The notes under the pieces are model-generated. The model was not told where the DNA came from. It made no database searches and saw only the letters and a list, made by a program, of their open reading frames with translations. Shown piece after piece: positions 43,099-52,476 of a stretch of DNA of 64,000 nucleotides. The DNA is from Acidobacteriota bacterium. GTDB lineage: Bacteria > Acidobacteriota > UBA6911 > RPQK01 > CBDAPI01. Where the stretch lies: positions 102,822 to 166,821 of the forward strand of contig CBDBHK010000033.1 of NCBI GenBank assembly GCA_965205615.1, written 5' to 3'. Position numbers and translations under genes: made by a program. Every line of letters starts with the position of its first letter. Position 1 is the stretch's first letter.

Positions 43099-44857
43099 GT
43101 GGGTGCATCCTGGACTAGTGCTGATCCTGGGAGCCTGGGTCCTGCCCTTCCTCAAAGGCCGGGCCAGGAGCCTGGCCATGCTCCTGCTTCCTGCGGCGGC
43201 ACTCGGCATCTGCCTGCGCATGACGCCGGGTATCTACGGCGCAGTGAGTTTCCTCGGACAAGACCTGGTGTTTGGCCGGGTGGACCAGTTGAGCCTGGTC
43301 TTTTCCTACGTTTTCTCGATCATGGCGTTCCTGGGGATGGTCTACGCGCTGCATGTCCAGGATAATGCCCAGCACGTGGCGGCCCTGACCTATGGGGGGG
43401 GCGCGCTGGGGGTCACGTTTGCCGGGGACTTCCTCTCCCTGCTCGTGTTCTGGGAACTCATGGCCCTCTCCTCGGCACTTCTGGTCTGGCAGCGCCGCCA
43501 GACGGCCGCCCTGGCAGCCGGTTTCCGTTATCTGCTGGTCCACGTCGTGGGCGGGCTCCTTCTCCTGGCGGGGATCGTGCTCCACTGGTCTCAGACCGGG
43601 TCGATTGCCTTCGAGGACATGGGCACTCTTGCGGGCGGCATGGCCTGGACCCTCATCCTCGTCGCCTTTCTCATCAACGCGGCCGTCCCACCTCTGGGCG
43701 CCTGGCTTCCGGACGCCTACCCCGAGGCCACGGTTACGGGCGCGGTTTTCATGACCGCCTTTACCACCAAGTCGGCGGTCTACGTCTTGATCCGCGGATT
43801 TCCCGGGACGGAGCTCCTGGTGTGGCTGGGAGCCATCATGGCCGTCTACGGCGTCGTCTACGCCGTGCTGGAAAACGACGCGCGGCGGCTCCTGGCCTAC
43901 CACATCGTCAGCCAGGTCGGTTACATGGTGTGCGGGGTGGGAATCGGGACCTCTCTGGCTCTAAACGGCGCCACGGCCCACGCTTTCGCACACATCCTCT
44001 ACAAGGGGCTTCTTTTCATGGGTGCCGGCGCTGTCCTGGAGGTGACCCGACTGCGAAAGCTGAGCGACATGGGAGGGCTCTACAAGACCATGCCGATCAC
44101 CCTTGGTCTTTACATGGTCGGCGCCTTCGCCATTTCGGCCGTGCCGCTCTTCAGCGGCTTCGTGAGTAAGTCGATGGTCGTGTCAGCCGCCGGCGAGGCT
44201 CACCTCGGACTGATCTTTCTCATGCTCACTCTCGCCTCTGCCGGGACGTTCCTGCACACGGGTCTCAAGCTTCCCTACTACATGTTCTTCGCCAAGGATT
44301 CAGGCCGGCGAGCCCAGGAACCTCCCCGCAATATGCTCCTGGCCATGGGCCTGGCTGCGACAGCGTGCATTGTGATCGGAGTGTTCCCGGGCCTCCTCTA
44401 CCGGCATCTGCCCAACCCGGTGGACTATGCCCCCTATACCCTGCAGCACGTCACCAGCACCCTGGGGATGCTGGGCTTTACGGCGCTGGGCTTCTTCCTG
44501 CTGCTCAAGCATCTCGACCCGGAGCCCAAGATCAGCCTCGACACGGACTGGTTTTATCGCCGGGGTGCGGCGGTCTTCATGATGGTCGTACAGAGGCCAC
44601 TGGCGCATCTGGATTCAGAGTTCGTGGGAGAGATCTATGAGTTTGTCATCCGCAAACCGGTGCTGGGCGTGGCCCGCCTCCTGCGGCAGGTCGACGCCCG
44701 GGTGGTCGATTCAGCGGCGCTGGGCGTGGGCCGTTTGACGCTGGCCTGGAGCCAGGCGTTGAAGACCACTGTCAGCGGCAACGCCCAGCATTACGGGCTG
44801 ATCATGGCGGCCGCAGTCCTGGCACTGCTCGCTCTGGCGCTAATGGCATCACCATGA
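43088..44857 (+). CDS. nuoL: NADH-quinone oxidoreductase subunit L (589 aa, with C-terminal long helix + final TM)
   Basis: FWELMAL TM5 motif, WLPDAYPEA broken-helix motif. C-terminal ~65-residue amphipathic segment followed by a last TM (YGLIMAAAVLALLALALMA) consistent with the NuoL horizontal helix. Confidence 0.7.
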   Translation: MTLEWVHPGLVLILGAWVLPFLKGRARSLAMLLLPAAALGICLRMTPGIYGAVSFLGQDLVFGRVDQLSLVFSYVFSIMAFLGMVYALHVQDNAQHVAALTYGGGALGVTFAGDFLSLLVFWELMALSSALLVWQRRQTAALAAGFRYLLVHVVGGLLLLAGIVLHWSQTGSIAFEDMGTLAGGMAWTLILVAFLINAAVPPLGAWLPDAYPEATVTGAVFMTAFTTKSAVYVLIRGFPGTELLVWLGAIMAVYGVVYAVLENDARRLLAYHIVSQVGYMVCGVGIGTSLALNGATAHAFAHILYKGLLFMGAGAVLEVTRLRKLSDMGGLYKTMPITLGLYMVGAFAISAVPLFSGFVSKSMVVSAAGEAHLGLIFLMLTLASAGTFLHTGLKLPYYMFFAKDSGRRAQEPPRNMLLAMGLAATACIVIGVFPGLLYRHLPNPVDYAPYTLQHVTSTLGMLGFTALGFFLLLKHLDPEPKISLDTDWFYRRGAAVFMMVVQRPLAHLDSEFVGEIYEFVIRKPVLGVARLLRQVDARVVDSAALGVGRLTLAWSQALKTTVSGNAQHYGLIMAAAVLALLALALMASP

Positions 44858-46317
44858 CAGACTACCCGGTCCTGACCGTTACAACCTTTCTGCCCCTGGC
44901 GGGCGCGGTAGCCATCTTGTTTCTGGGCGGCGCGCGGCAGGCACGCTGGATCGCCCTGGCCACAACCCTTGCCACCCTGGCGGTCTCAGCCCCTCTCTAC
45001 AGAGGATTCGACAAGTCGTCGAGCGCACTGCAGTTCGTCGAGTCCTCAGACTGGATCCCGGGGTGGAATATCTCCTACGAGATGGGCGTGGACGGAATCA
45101 GTCTTCCCTTTATTTTCCTTGCGGCTGTCTTGAGTGTCCTCTGCGTGGGCGGTTCGTGGACTGCGGTGGACTCGAGAGTGAAAGAATTCTACGCTGCGCT
45201 GCTGGTTGCCGAAACCGCCATGATCGGGCTCTTCGCCGCCACCAATTTATTTATCTTCTATATTTTCTGGGAGCTGATGATCGTTCCTCTTTTCCTGCTC
45301 ATCGGAGTCTGGGGAGGCCCGGGGCGAGTCTACGCGGCGGTCAAGTTTCTGCTCTTCACCCTGGCCGGAAGCGTTTTGATGCTGGTGGGCATGGTTGCCC
45401 TCTACCACGCCTGCGGCACGCTGAACTTCAAGGAGCTGGCGGCCACCACCCTTCAGCCCGCCTTTCAGGCCGGGCTCTTCGCGGCCTTTCTGGCGGCGTT
45501 TGCGGTGAAGGTTCCCATGTTCCCGGTGCACACCTGGCTCCCGGATGCTCACACGGAGGCCCCGACCGCCGGGAGCGTGATCCTGGCCGGGATCCTCCTC
45601 AAAATGGGCGCCTACGGGTTCCTGCGGGTTTCGCTTCCCATCCTTCCCGACGCCGTACAGCTTTTTCTGACGCCCATGCTGGTGATCTCGGCAGTGGCTA
45701 TCGTGTATGGCGCCTACGTGACTCTGGTCCAGACAGACGTCAAACGCCTCATCGCTTTTTCGAGCGTGAGCCACATGGGCTTCGTCACCCTGGGAATCTT
45801 CACTCTCAACCACAACGGGGTGGAAGGGGCCATCCTGCAGATGATCAACCACGGGATCATCTCCGCGGCGCTGTTCCTGTGCGTGGGCATGATCTACGAG
45901 CGAACCCACTCGCGGGAAATCAAGGACTACGGGGGGGTCGCCAGGATCGCGCCGGTCTACTCGTCCCTGCTGGCGTTCTTTTGCCTGGCCGCCGCGGGTT
46001 TCCCCGGTTTGAACTCCTTCGTGGGAGAGTTCCTGATTATCAGCGGGGCCTTCCAGACCAGGCCCTGGCTCGGCGCCATGGCTGTCTGGGGAGTAGCCCT
46101 GGGGACAGCTTACCTGGTCTGGCTCTACTACCGGGTGGCCATGGGCCGGACGAACTCCGGGCTGGAGGGACTCAAGCTCGAGCTCAATGCCCGCGAGGTG
46201 GCGACTCTGGCCCCTCTGGCGTTGCTGGCACTCTGTCTGGGGCTCTACCCTGAGCTCGTCCTTTCCTATCTTCGTGCTCCCGTGGCCGAACTCCTGGCTG
46301 GAGGAGTAACGCCATGA
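44854..46317 (+). CDS. nuoM: NADH-quinone oxidoreductase subunit M
   Basis: 487 aa. FYIFWELMIVPLFLLIG and HTWLPDAHTEAPTAGSVILAGILLKMGAYG are NuoM hallmarks. Confidence 0.85.
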   Translation: MTDYPVLTVTTFLPLAGAVAILFLGGARQARWIALATTLATLAVSAPLYRGFDKSSSALQFVESSDWIPGWNISYEMGVDGISLPFIFLAAVLSVLCVGGSWTAVDSRVKEFYAALLVAETAMIGLFAATNLFIFYIFWELMIVPLFLLIGVWGGPGRVYAAVKFLLFTLAGSVLMLVGMVALYHACGTLNFKELAATTLQPAFQAGLFAAFLAAFAVKVPMFPVHTWLPDAHTEAPTAGSVILAGILLKMGAYGFLRVSLPILPDAVQLFLTPMLVISAVAIVYGAYVTLVQTDVKRLIAFSSVSHMGFVTLGIFTLNHNGVEGAILQMINHGIISAALFLCVGMIYERTHSREIKDYGGVARIAPVYSSLLAFFCLAAAGFPGLNSFVGEFLIISGAFQTRPWLGAMAVWGVALGTAYLVWLYYRVAMGRTNSGLEGLKLELNAREVATLAPLALLALCLGLYPELVLSYLRAPVAELLAGGVTP

Positions 46318-47735
46318 AGGGTGCGAGCCTGGCTGACCTGGCCTTACTCTGGCCGGAGCTGATTCTGTGCGCGGTGGCCCTGGCTCTGATCCTGGTGGCG
46401 CGCCGGATTCAGAAAGCGCCACCGGCCGCCGCCCTCACGGTTCTCGCAGCGCTGGCCGCCGGACTGGCCTCGGCCTGGGTCCTGGCCCCGGGTCCCCGGA
46501 CCGGGTTTGGCGGTATGATCACCGTGGACGGCTACTCTCAGTTCTTCAAGGTGTTGATCGCCGGGGCCCTGGCCCTGGCTGCGCTTCTGTCCGTGAAACG
46601 AGTCGACACCGATCATGTTCGGCCCGCCGAGTACCATGCCCTGCTCCTTCTGGCCTCGACGGGCATGATGTTGGCCGTCTCAGCCCTGGATCTCCTGACC
46701 CTCTACCTGGGCCTGGAACTCATGACGCTCTGCTCGTACAGCCTGGTCGGCGTCACGGTGGAAAAACAGAGATCGAACGAAGCTGCGATCAAGTATTTCC
46801 TGCTGGCCTCTTTCGCCTCGGCCCTTCTCCTCTACGGCATAGCTGTGGTCTATGGAGTAACGGGCTCTACGGGCTTTACGGCCATTGCCTCGACGCTGTC
46901 TGCGGGCAGTCCGGGGAGCTATCAAATCCTCCTGGCTGCGATCGGTCTGGTGGCCGCGGGACTCGCCTTTAAGATTGCGGCGGTTCCCTTTCATGCCTGG
47001 GCGCCCGACGCCTACCAGGGTGCCAGCGCGCCCGTTGCCGCCTTTCTGGCGGCCGCCTCCAAGGCCGCTGGTTTAGCCGCGCTGGGCCGCGTCTACCTGG
47101 TCGCCTTCGCCTCTCAAGCCCTTGTCCTGTCGGTGGTTCTAGCCGGGCTGGCAGCGCTCTCCATCGTCGTGGGGAGCATCATCGCCCTGGCCCAGACCGA
47201 CATGAAACGCCTGTTGGCGTATTCCTCGATTTCTCATGCGGGATACGCCCTTCTCGGCTTTATGTCCGGATCGGCCGAAGGGGCAGCGGCAACCATGACC
47301 TATGCCTTTCTCTATGTCTTCATGACGCTGGGAGCCTTCGGGATCGTTGTCGCACTGGGCCGGCGCGGCGAGAGTCTCGAAGGTTACCGCGGCCTGGCCG
47401 CGCAGCGACCCGCAACGGCCGCGCTGATGCTGCTTTTCCTCCTTTCCCTGACCGGCATCCCACCCACGGCCGGGTTCGCCGCCAAATTCGTCGTCATCCT
47501 CAGTGCTGTGCGCGCCGGCTATGTGGCGCTGGCAGTCCTGGCCGTGGCTTGTAGTGTGATCTCGGCCTTCGTCTACCTGCGGGTGGCCGTGTTCATGTAC
47601 ATGAGAAAACCCCGGGAGCCTGAGCCTTCCCGCTACCCGCTGGCCGTGTCGGCTGCGCTGGCGGTGGCTGCGCTGGTCACTGTAATCGGCGGAATCTTTC
47701 CGGGTAGTCTCAGCTTCTGGACGGTGGCGCCATGA
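46314..47735 (+). CDS. nuoN: NADH-quinone oxidoreductase subunit N
   Basis: 473 aa. HAWAPDAYQGASAPVAAFLAAASKAAG matches the NuoN TM7 motif. Confidence 0.85.
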   Translation: MKGASLADLALLWPELILCAVALALILVARRIQKAPPAAALTVLAALAAGLASAWVLAPGPRTGFGGMITVDGYSQFFKVLIAGALALAALLSVKRVDTDHVRPAEYHALLLLASTGMMLAVSALDLLTLYLGLELMTLCSYSLVGVTVEKQRSNEAAIKYFLLASFASALLLYGIAVVYGVTGSTGFTAIASTLSAGSPGSYQILLAAIGLVAAGLAFKIAAVPFHAWAPDAYQGASAPVAAFLAAASKAAGLAALGRVYLVAFASQALVLSVVLAGLAALSIVVGSIIALAQTDMKRLLAYSSISHAGYALLGFMSGSAEGAAATMTYAFLYVFMTLGAFGIVVALGRRGESLEGYRGLAAQRPATAALMLLFLLSLTGIPPTAGFAAKFVVILSAVRAGYVALAVLAVACSVISAFVYLRVAVFMYMRKPREPEPSRYPLAVSAALAVAALVTVIGGIFPGSLSFWTVAP

Positions 47736-47789
47736 GGGCGAAAGACATCATGATTCAGGGCACCAACTCGGGATCCGGGGGCGTCGCCA

Positions 47790-47823
47790 TGCTGTGTATA
47801 ATTGGAGTTTGGTAAGGGAGTTC
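47790..47823 (+). promoter_or_regulatory. Candidate internal promoter / RBS between nuoN and nuoA (TATAAT at 47797-47802; aagggag RBS)
   Basis: ctgtgtataattggagtttggtaagggagttcATG read in the 88-bp nuoN-nuoA gap. Confidence 0.4.
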
Positions 47824-48177
47824 ATGAGCGAGTACGCCGGTATCGCAGTCTGTTTTCTCCTGGCCGGAGGGATCACCGGGTTGATGGTGTTGTTGGCCTC
47901 CACGCTGGGTAAGAAGAAGCCCTCGGCCGTAAAGTCCGAGCCCTTCGAGTGCGGGCAGGATCCCCTCTCGATTCCCGGCGGGAAGCTGGCGATCAAGTTC
48001 TATCTGACTGCCATTTTGTTCATCCTGTTCGACGTTGAGCTCGTCTTTCTCTACCCCTGGGCTGTGATTTACCGACAGCTGGGGATGCTGGGCCTGGTCG
48101 AGATGGGAATCTTTCTGGGAATCCTGATGGTGGGCTTCGTTTACGCCTGGGACAACGGTGCCCTGGAATGGAAGTGA
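47824..48177 (+). CDS. nuoA: NADH-quinone oxidoreductase subunit A
   Basis: MSEYAGIAVCFLLAGG...FECGQDP...FDVELVFLYPWA is canonical NuoA. ATG at 47824 with RBS is preferred over the GTG at 47794. Confidence 0.85.
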   Translation: MSEYAGIAVCFLLAGGITGLMVLLASTLGKKKPSAVKSEPFECGQDPLSIPGGKLAIKFYLTAILFILFDVELVFLYPWAVIYRQLGMLGLVEMGIFLGILMVGFVYAWDNGALEWK

Positions 48178-48682
48178 CATGCTGACCGATAAGCTGTTTC
48201 TGACCAGTCGCCTCGATGAGGCTCTGGGTTGGGCGCGCAAGTTTTCCATCTTTCAGTACCCGTTTGTTACCGCGTGCTGCGGCATGGAATATATGGCCAC
48301 GGCCTGTTCTCACTACGACGTCGACCGTTTCGGAGCCGGTTTGCCCCGATTCTCCCCGCGCCAGGCGGACGTGCTTTTCGTTGTGGGCACAATCAGTCAC
48401 AAAATGGCGCCGGTCCTGGAACGCATCCACGAGCAGATGGCCGAGCCCAAATGGGTTGTCGCTTTCGGGGTCTGCACCTGCACGGGTGGCTTCTACGACA
48501 ACTACGCAACCGTGATGGGTATTGACACGATCATACCCGTGGACGTCTACATACCGGGTTGCCCTCCGCGGCCGGAAAACGTTATTGACGGGCTGATGAA
48601 GCTCCAGGACAAAATTCAGGACGAGCACTCCAGCGGCCGCCGATCCGCACCCGAGAGTCGTCCGGACGTTTTGACAGAATGA
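48178..48682 (+). CDS. nuoB: NADH-quinone oxidoreductase subunit B
   Basis: CCGMEYMATA, GVCTCTGG, PGCPPRP: the N2 cluster cysteines of NuoB. Confidence 0.9.
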
Positions 48683-49260
48683 GTATCTCCACTCTCATTG
48701 AGTCTGTCAGCGACCGCTTCCCCGAGGCTGTAGCGGCTTCTCACGCTTATCGTGGCGACGAAACCGTGGTTTTGCGCCGGGAGTTCCTGGTCGAGGTCGC
48801 ACGCTTTCTCAAAGAGGACCCGTCCCTGCAAATGAACTTCCTCATGGATGTGACAGCCGTGGACTATTCTTCTTTCGGGAAGAGTTCCGCGCCGGCTTTC
48901 TTCGCATCCTCGGGTGTCGGTGTGAATCCCCTGACCCAGATCCAGGATGAGGACCCCTGGCCCGGACCCCCGGGGGATGAGCGTTTTGCGGTCGTGTACC
49001 ACTTCTATTCTCTGAAGTACAAGCACCGCCTGCGGCTGGTGGTTCCCGTGGAGGAGGGGGAGCCCGAAGTAGATTCGCTGAACTCGCTGTGGGGCGGAGC
49101 AAACTGGCTCGAGCGTGAAGTCTGGGACATGTTTGGAATCCGATTCCGTGGACATCCGGATCTCAAGCGCATTCTCATGTACGAAGAGTTCGAGGGACAT
49201 GCGCTGCGCAAGGACTACCCCGTCAATAAGCGTCAACCTTTGACCGGACCCCTGAACTGA
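48679..49260 (+). CDS. nuoC: NADH-quinone oxidoreductase subunit C
   Basis: 193 aa. NuoC motifs (ANWLEREVWDMFGIRFRGHPDLKRIL). Confidence 0.85.
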   Translation: MSISTLIESVSDRFPEAVAASHAYRGDETVVLRREFLVEVARFLKEDPSLQMNFLMDVTAVDYSSFGKSSAPAFFASSGVGVNPLTQIQDEDPWPGPPGDERFAVVYHFYSLKYKHRLRLVVPVEEGEPEVDSLNSLWGGANWLEREVWDMFGIRFRGHPDLKRILMYEEFEGHALRKDYPVNKRQPLTGPLN

Positions 49261-49303
49261 TGAAAACCCCAACCTCCAATCGTCGCTCCCCGGCTCAAGC
49301 TCG

Positions 49304-50680
49304 ATGATGCCCGAATCAGCCCCTCCCAGGGAGACCTCCCAACACGAGGCCGCGGACCTCGAGACCCGGGACATGATGCTCAACATCGGCCCCGCCCACC
49401 CGGCCATGCACGGGATCGTCAGGATCGTGGCGGAACTCGACGGGGAGCAGATCCAGGAAGCTGAAGTGGAGATCGGCTATCTCCACCGCGGCTTTGAGAA
49501 GATGGCGGAAGTAGTGGACTACAACGGCGTCATCCCCTACACCGATCGCCTCAACTACGTCTCGCCGCTCATCAACAACATGGGCTACTGCATGACCGTC
49601 GAGAAACTGCTCGGGATATCGGTCCCGGAGCGCTGCCACTACGTCAGGGTCATCACTTCGGAGATCTCCCGCATCTCGGACCATCTCACTTGCGTGGGAG
49701 CGACGGCCATGGAGCTGGGCGCTTTCAGCGTTTTCCTCTACATGATCAAGGCCCGGGAGTATCTCTGGGAGCTGGTGGAGATGGTCACCGGGGCGCGCCT
49801 GACGGTCAGCTACTGTCGCGTCGGCGGCGTGAAGGCCGACCTTCCCGAGGACTTTGCCGAGGGTTGTCGCAAGGCCTTCGAGGAAACCCGCAAGGTCCTG
49901 GACGAGGCCTCCGGTCTGCTGACGCGCAACCGGATTTTCACCGACCGAATGAACGACACGGGAGTGATCTCGGCGGAAGACGCCATCTCCTACGGCATCA
50001 CCGGCCCCTTTCTGCGCGCCAGTGGCGCCGACTATGACGTTCGGAAGGACTGCCCCTACTCCGTCTACGACCGGATCCCTTTCGATGTGCCCGTCGGAAC
50101 CCGTGGCGACAACATGGATCGCTACCTGGTTCGCATGGAGGAGATGGAGCAGTCCATGCGCATCGTGGAGACGGCGCTGCGAGATCTGCCTTCCGGCCCG
50201 GTTCAGGTCCACCCGGAGACGGGTCGGCCGATTCCGGCCGCGGAGATGGTGGATCTTGCCAAGGTGGGTGACATCGCGGCCATTTCGGGCGGAAGCGCCA
50301 TCACCGGTCCAACCCTGGAGGGATCCGGCCGCGACCGGTATCCATCCATAGCCACGGACGAAAAACGCGCCTTCCTCCCTCCCAAAGAGGATACCTATGG
50401 CAACATCGAGGGACTCATGCACCACTTTAAGCTGGTCATGTACGGCCACGGTGTGCGGCCGCCCAGGGGAGAGGTGTACTTCCCCGTCGAGGGAGCTAAC
50501 GGAGAACTCGGGTTTTACGTGGTGAGCGATGGAGCGGGGACCGCCTACCGGGTTCGGGTTCGTCCCCCCTGCTTCGCCATTATGTCGGCCCTGCCCGAGC
50601 TTGTGGTGGGCGATATGATGGCCGACCTGGTCCCCACCTTCGGGTCCGTCAATATGATCGGAGGAGAGCTCGACCGATGA
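49304..50680 (+). CDS. nuoD: NADH-quinone oxidoreductase subunit D
   Basis: MMLNIGPAHPAMHGIVRIV...IGYLHRGFEK...RPPCFA is canonical NuoD/49-kDa. Alternative start at 49373 is likely. Contains a ~40-aa insertion relative to compact NuoD. Confidence 0.85.
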   Translation: MMPESAPPRETSQHEAADLETRDMMLNIGPAHPAMHGIVRIVAELDGEQIQEAEVEIGYLHRGFEKMAEVVDYNGVIPYTDRLNYVSPLINNMGYCMTVEKLLGISVPERCHYVRVITSEISRISDHLTCVGATAMELGAFSVFLYMIKAREYLWELVEMVTGARLTVSYCRVGGVKADLPEDFAEGCRKAFEETRKVLDEASGLLTRNRIFTDRMNDTGVISAEDAISYGITGPFLRASGADYDVRKDCPYSVYDRIPFDVPVGTRGDNMDRYLVRMEEMEQSMRIVETALRDLPSGPVQVHPETGRPIPAAEMVDLAKVGDIAAISGGSAITGPTLEGSGRDRYPSIATDEKRAFLPPKEDTYGNIEGLMHHFKLVMYGHGVRPPRGEVYFPVEGANGELGFYVVSDGAGTAYRVRVRPPCFAIMSALPELVVGDMMADLVPTFGSVNMIGGELDR

Positions 50681-52476
50681 AGCTTTCCGATCTTGAGCCC
50701 GGGGCCAGAGAGATCCTGCAACGCTACGAACGATCCAGGGCGGCTATGTTGCCGGTGTTGTGGCTCGTCCAGGAAAACCAGGGGTACGTCTCTCAGGAGG
50801 CGGAGGTCTGGGTGGCGAGCATCCTGAGTGTAGCCCGTGCCCAGGTACGCGAGGCGGTCTCCTTTTACAACATGTTCCACACACGGCCGGTGGGCCGTCG
50901 CGAGCTTCGAGTGTGCACCAGTCTGCCCTGTATGTTGCGGGGTGCCGGGGAGTTACTGGAGCAGATTCAGGAGCGCTGGAAGATTCGTCCGGGCCAGACC
51001 ACGGCAGGTGGGGAGGTCACGCTCACCGAGGTCGAGTGTCTCTGTGCCTGCGAGATGTCCCCTATGGCCCAGCTCGACGAAGCTTTTCTCGGGCCCCTGG
51101 AGAGAGGGACACTGGAAACCGTCCTGCGGGCCGGGCTCGAGGATCCCGAAGATTCGCGACCCCTTTCCGAGCCTGAGCCCTATATCTCCACAGACGGTCC
51201 GGTGCTTTCCACGCGCTTCGAGAACCCGGCCGGAATCTGGTTGCAAGACTACGTGACCGACAATGGGTATGAGGGCGCTGCCAGGGCTCTCACTTCCATG
51301 ACACCGGAGCAGGTGATCGAGGAGATATCCGGAGCCAACTTGCGGGGTCTCGGCGGCGCGGGGTTTCCAGCCGGCAGAAAATGGTCCTTCGTGCCCAGGG
51401 AATCGCAAAAGCCCAAGTTCCTGGTGGCGAACGCAGACGAAGGGGAACCGGGCACTTTCAAGGATCGCTACATCATGGAGCGCGACCCGCACGCACTCAT
51501 CGAAGGCATGATTATTGCCGCCTATGCCATCGGGAGTCACAAGGCCTACGTGTATATTCGGGGCGAGTACTTCCGGTCGGCCAGGCGTTTACAACGCGCC
51601 CTCGATGAAGCCTACAGCCAGGGCTGGCTGGGTAAGGATATCCAGGGGTCCGGTTTTGATCTGGATGTGGTCATTCACCGGGGCGCGGGGGCCTATATCT
51701 GCGGCGAAGAAACCGCGCTCCTGACTTCGCTCGAGGGCGGGAAGGGTTTCCCCAAGCTCAAGCCTCCGTTCCCCGCCATTTCGGGTCTCTTTCAATGCCC
51801 GACCATCGTCAACAACATTGAGACTCTCGCCTGTGTCCCATTCATTCTGAACCATGGAGCCGAGCGTTTTGCCGGCATTGGCACGGACCGGCAGGGCGGT
51901 ACGCGGCTCTTTTGCGTGAGCGGACATGTGGTCCGACCGGGGGTCTATGAGGAGCCGGTCGGCATCACCCTGAGAGAACTGATCGAGAAGGCGGGGGGTG
52001 TCCGGGACGGCAAGAGGCTCAAGGCCGTCATCCCCGGAGGCATTTCGGCCAAAATTCTGACCGCCGATGAGATTGACGTGGCCATGGACTTTGACTCCCT
52101 GATGGCGGCCGGCAGCATGGCCGGATCGGGGGGAGTGATCGTGATGGACGAGAGCACCTGCATGGTCGAGGCACTCGACTCCGCGGCCCGGTTTTTCGCC
52201 GACGAGTCGTGCGGACAATGCTCGCCCTGCCGTGAGGGTACGGGGTGGGTCCATCGGATTGTCCGCCGTATTGTGGAAGGCAGGGGGAACCTCCAGGATC
52301 TGGACCAGTTGCTCGCCATCGCCGGCGACATGGAAGGCAATACGATCTGCGTCTTCGCCGACGCAGCCGCCTGGCCTGTCCAGTCTTACATCGCGAAATT
52401 TCGGGACGAGTTCGAGGACTACATTCGGAGCGGCCGTGGAGCCGGGAAAAAGGAGGCCGATGCATGCCCAGCCTGA
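50677..52476 (+). CDS. nuoEF: Fused NuoE-NuoF (24-kDa 2Fe-2S subunit joined to 51-kDa FMN/NADH-binding subunit) in one 599-aa ORF
   Basis: Residues ~1-160 are NuoE (CTSLPC...VECLCACEMSP cysteine pairs). A ~90-aa linker follows. Then comes NuoF (GLGGAGFPAGRKW FMN/NADH motifs, ESCGQCSPCREG N3 cluster). No stop codon lies between them in this sequence. Confidence 0.75.
   Translation: MKLSDLEPGAREILQRYERSRAAMLPVLWLVQENQGYVSQEAEVWVASILSVARAQVREAVSFYNMFHTRPVGRRELRVCTSLPCMLRGAGELLEQIQERWKIRPGQTTAGGEVTLTEVECLCACEMSPMAQLDEAFLGPLERGTLETVLRAGLEDPEDSRPLSEPEPYISTDGPVLSTRFENPAGIWLQDYVTDNGYEGAARALTSMTPEQVIEEISGANLRGLGGAGFPAGRKWSFVPRESQKPKFLVANADEGEPGTFKDRYIMERDPHALIEGMIIAAYAIGSHKAYVYIRGEYFRSARRLQRALDEAYSQGWLGKDIQGSGFDLDVVIHRGAGAYICGEETALLTSLEGGKGFPKLKPPFPAISGLFQCPTIVNNIETLACVPFILNHGAERFAGIGTDRQGGTRLFCVSGHVVRPGVYEEPVGITLRELIEKAGGVRDGKRLKAVIPGGISAKILTADEIDVAMDFDSLMAAGSMAGSGGVIVMDESTCMVEALDSAARFFADESCGQCSPCREGTGWVHRIVRRIVEGRGNLQDLDQLLAIAGDMEGNTICVFADAAAWPVQSYIAKFRDEFEDYIRSGRGAGKKEADACPA

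Noticed and set aside
47794-47823. GTG start at 47794 for nuoA
   Set aside because: It would place the TATAAT promoter-like hexamer and the RBS inside the coding region. The ATG at 47824, preceded by aagggag, gives the canonical NuoA N-terminus (MSEYAG...).
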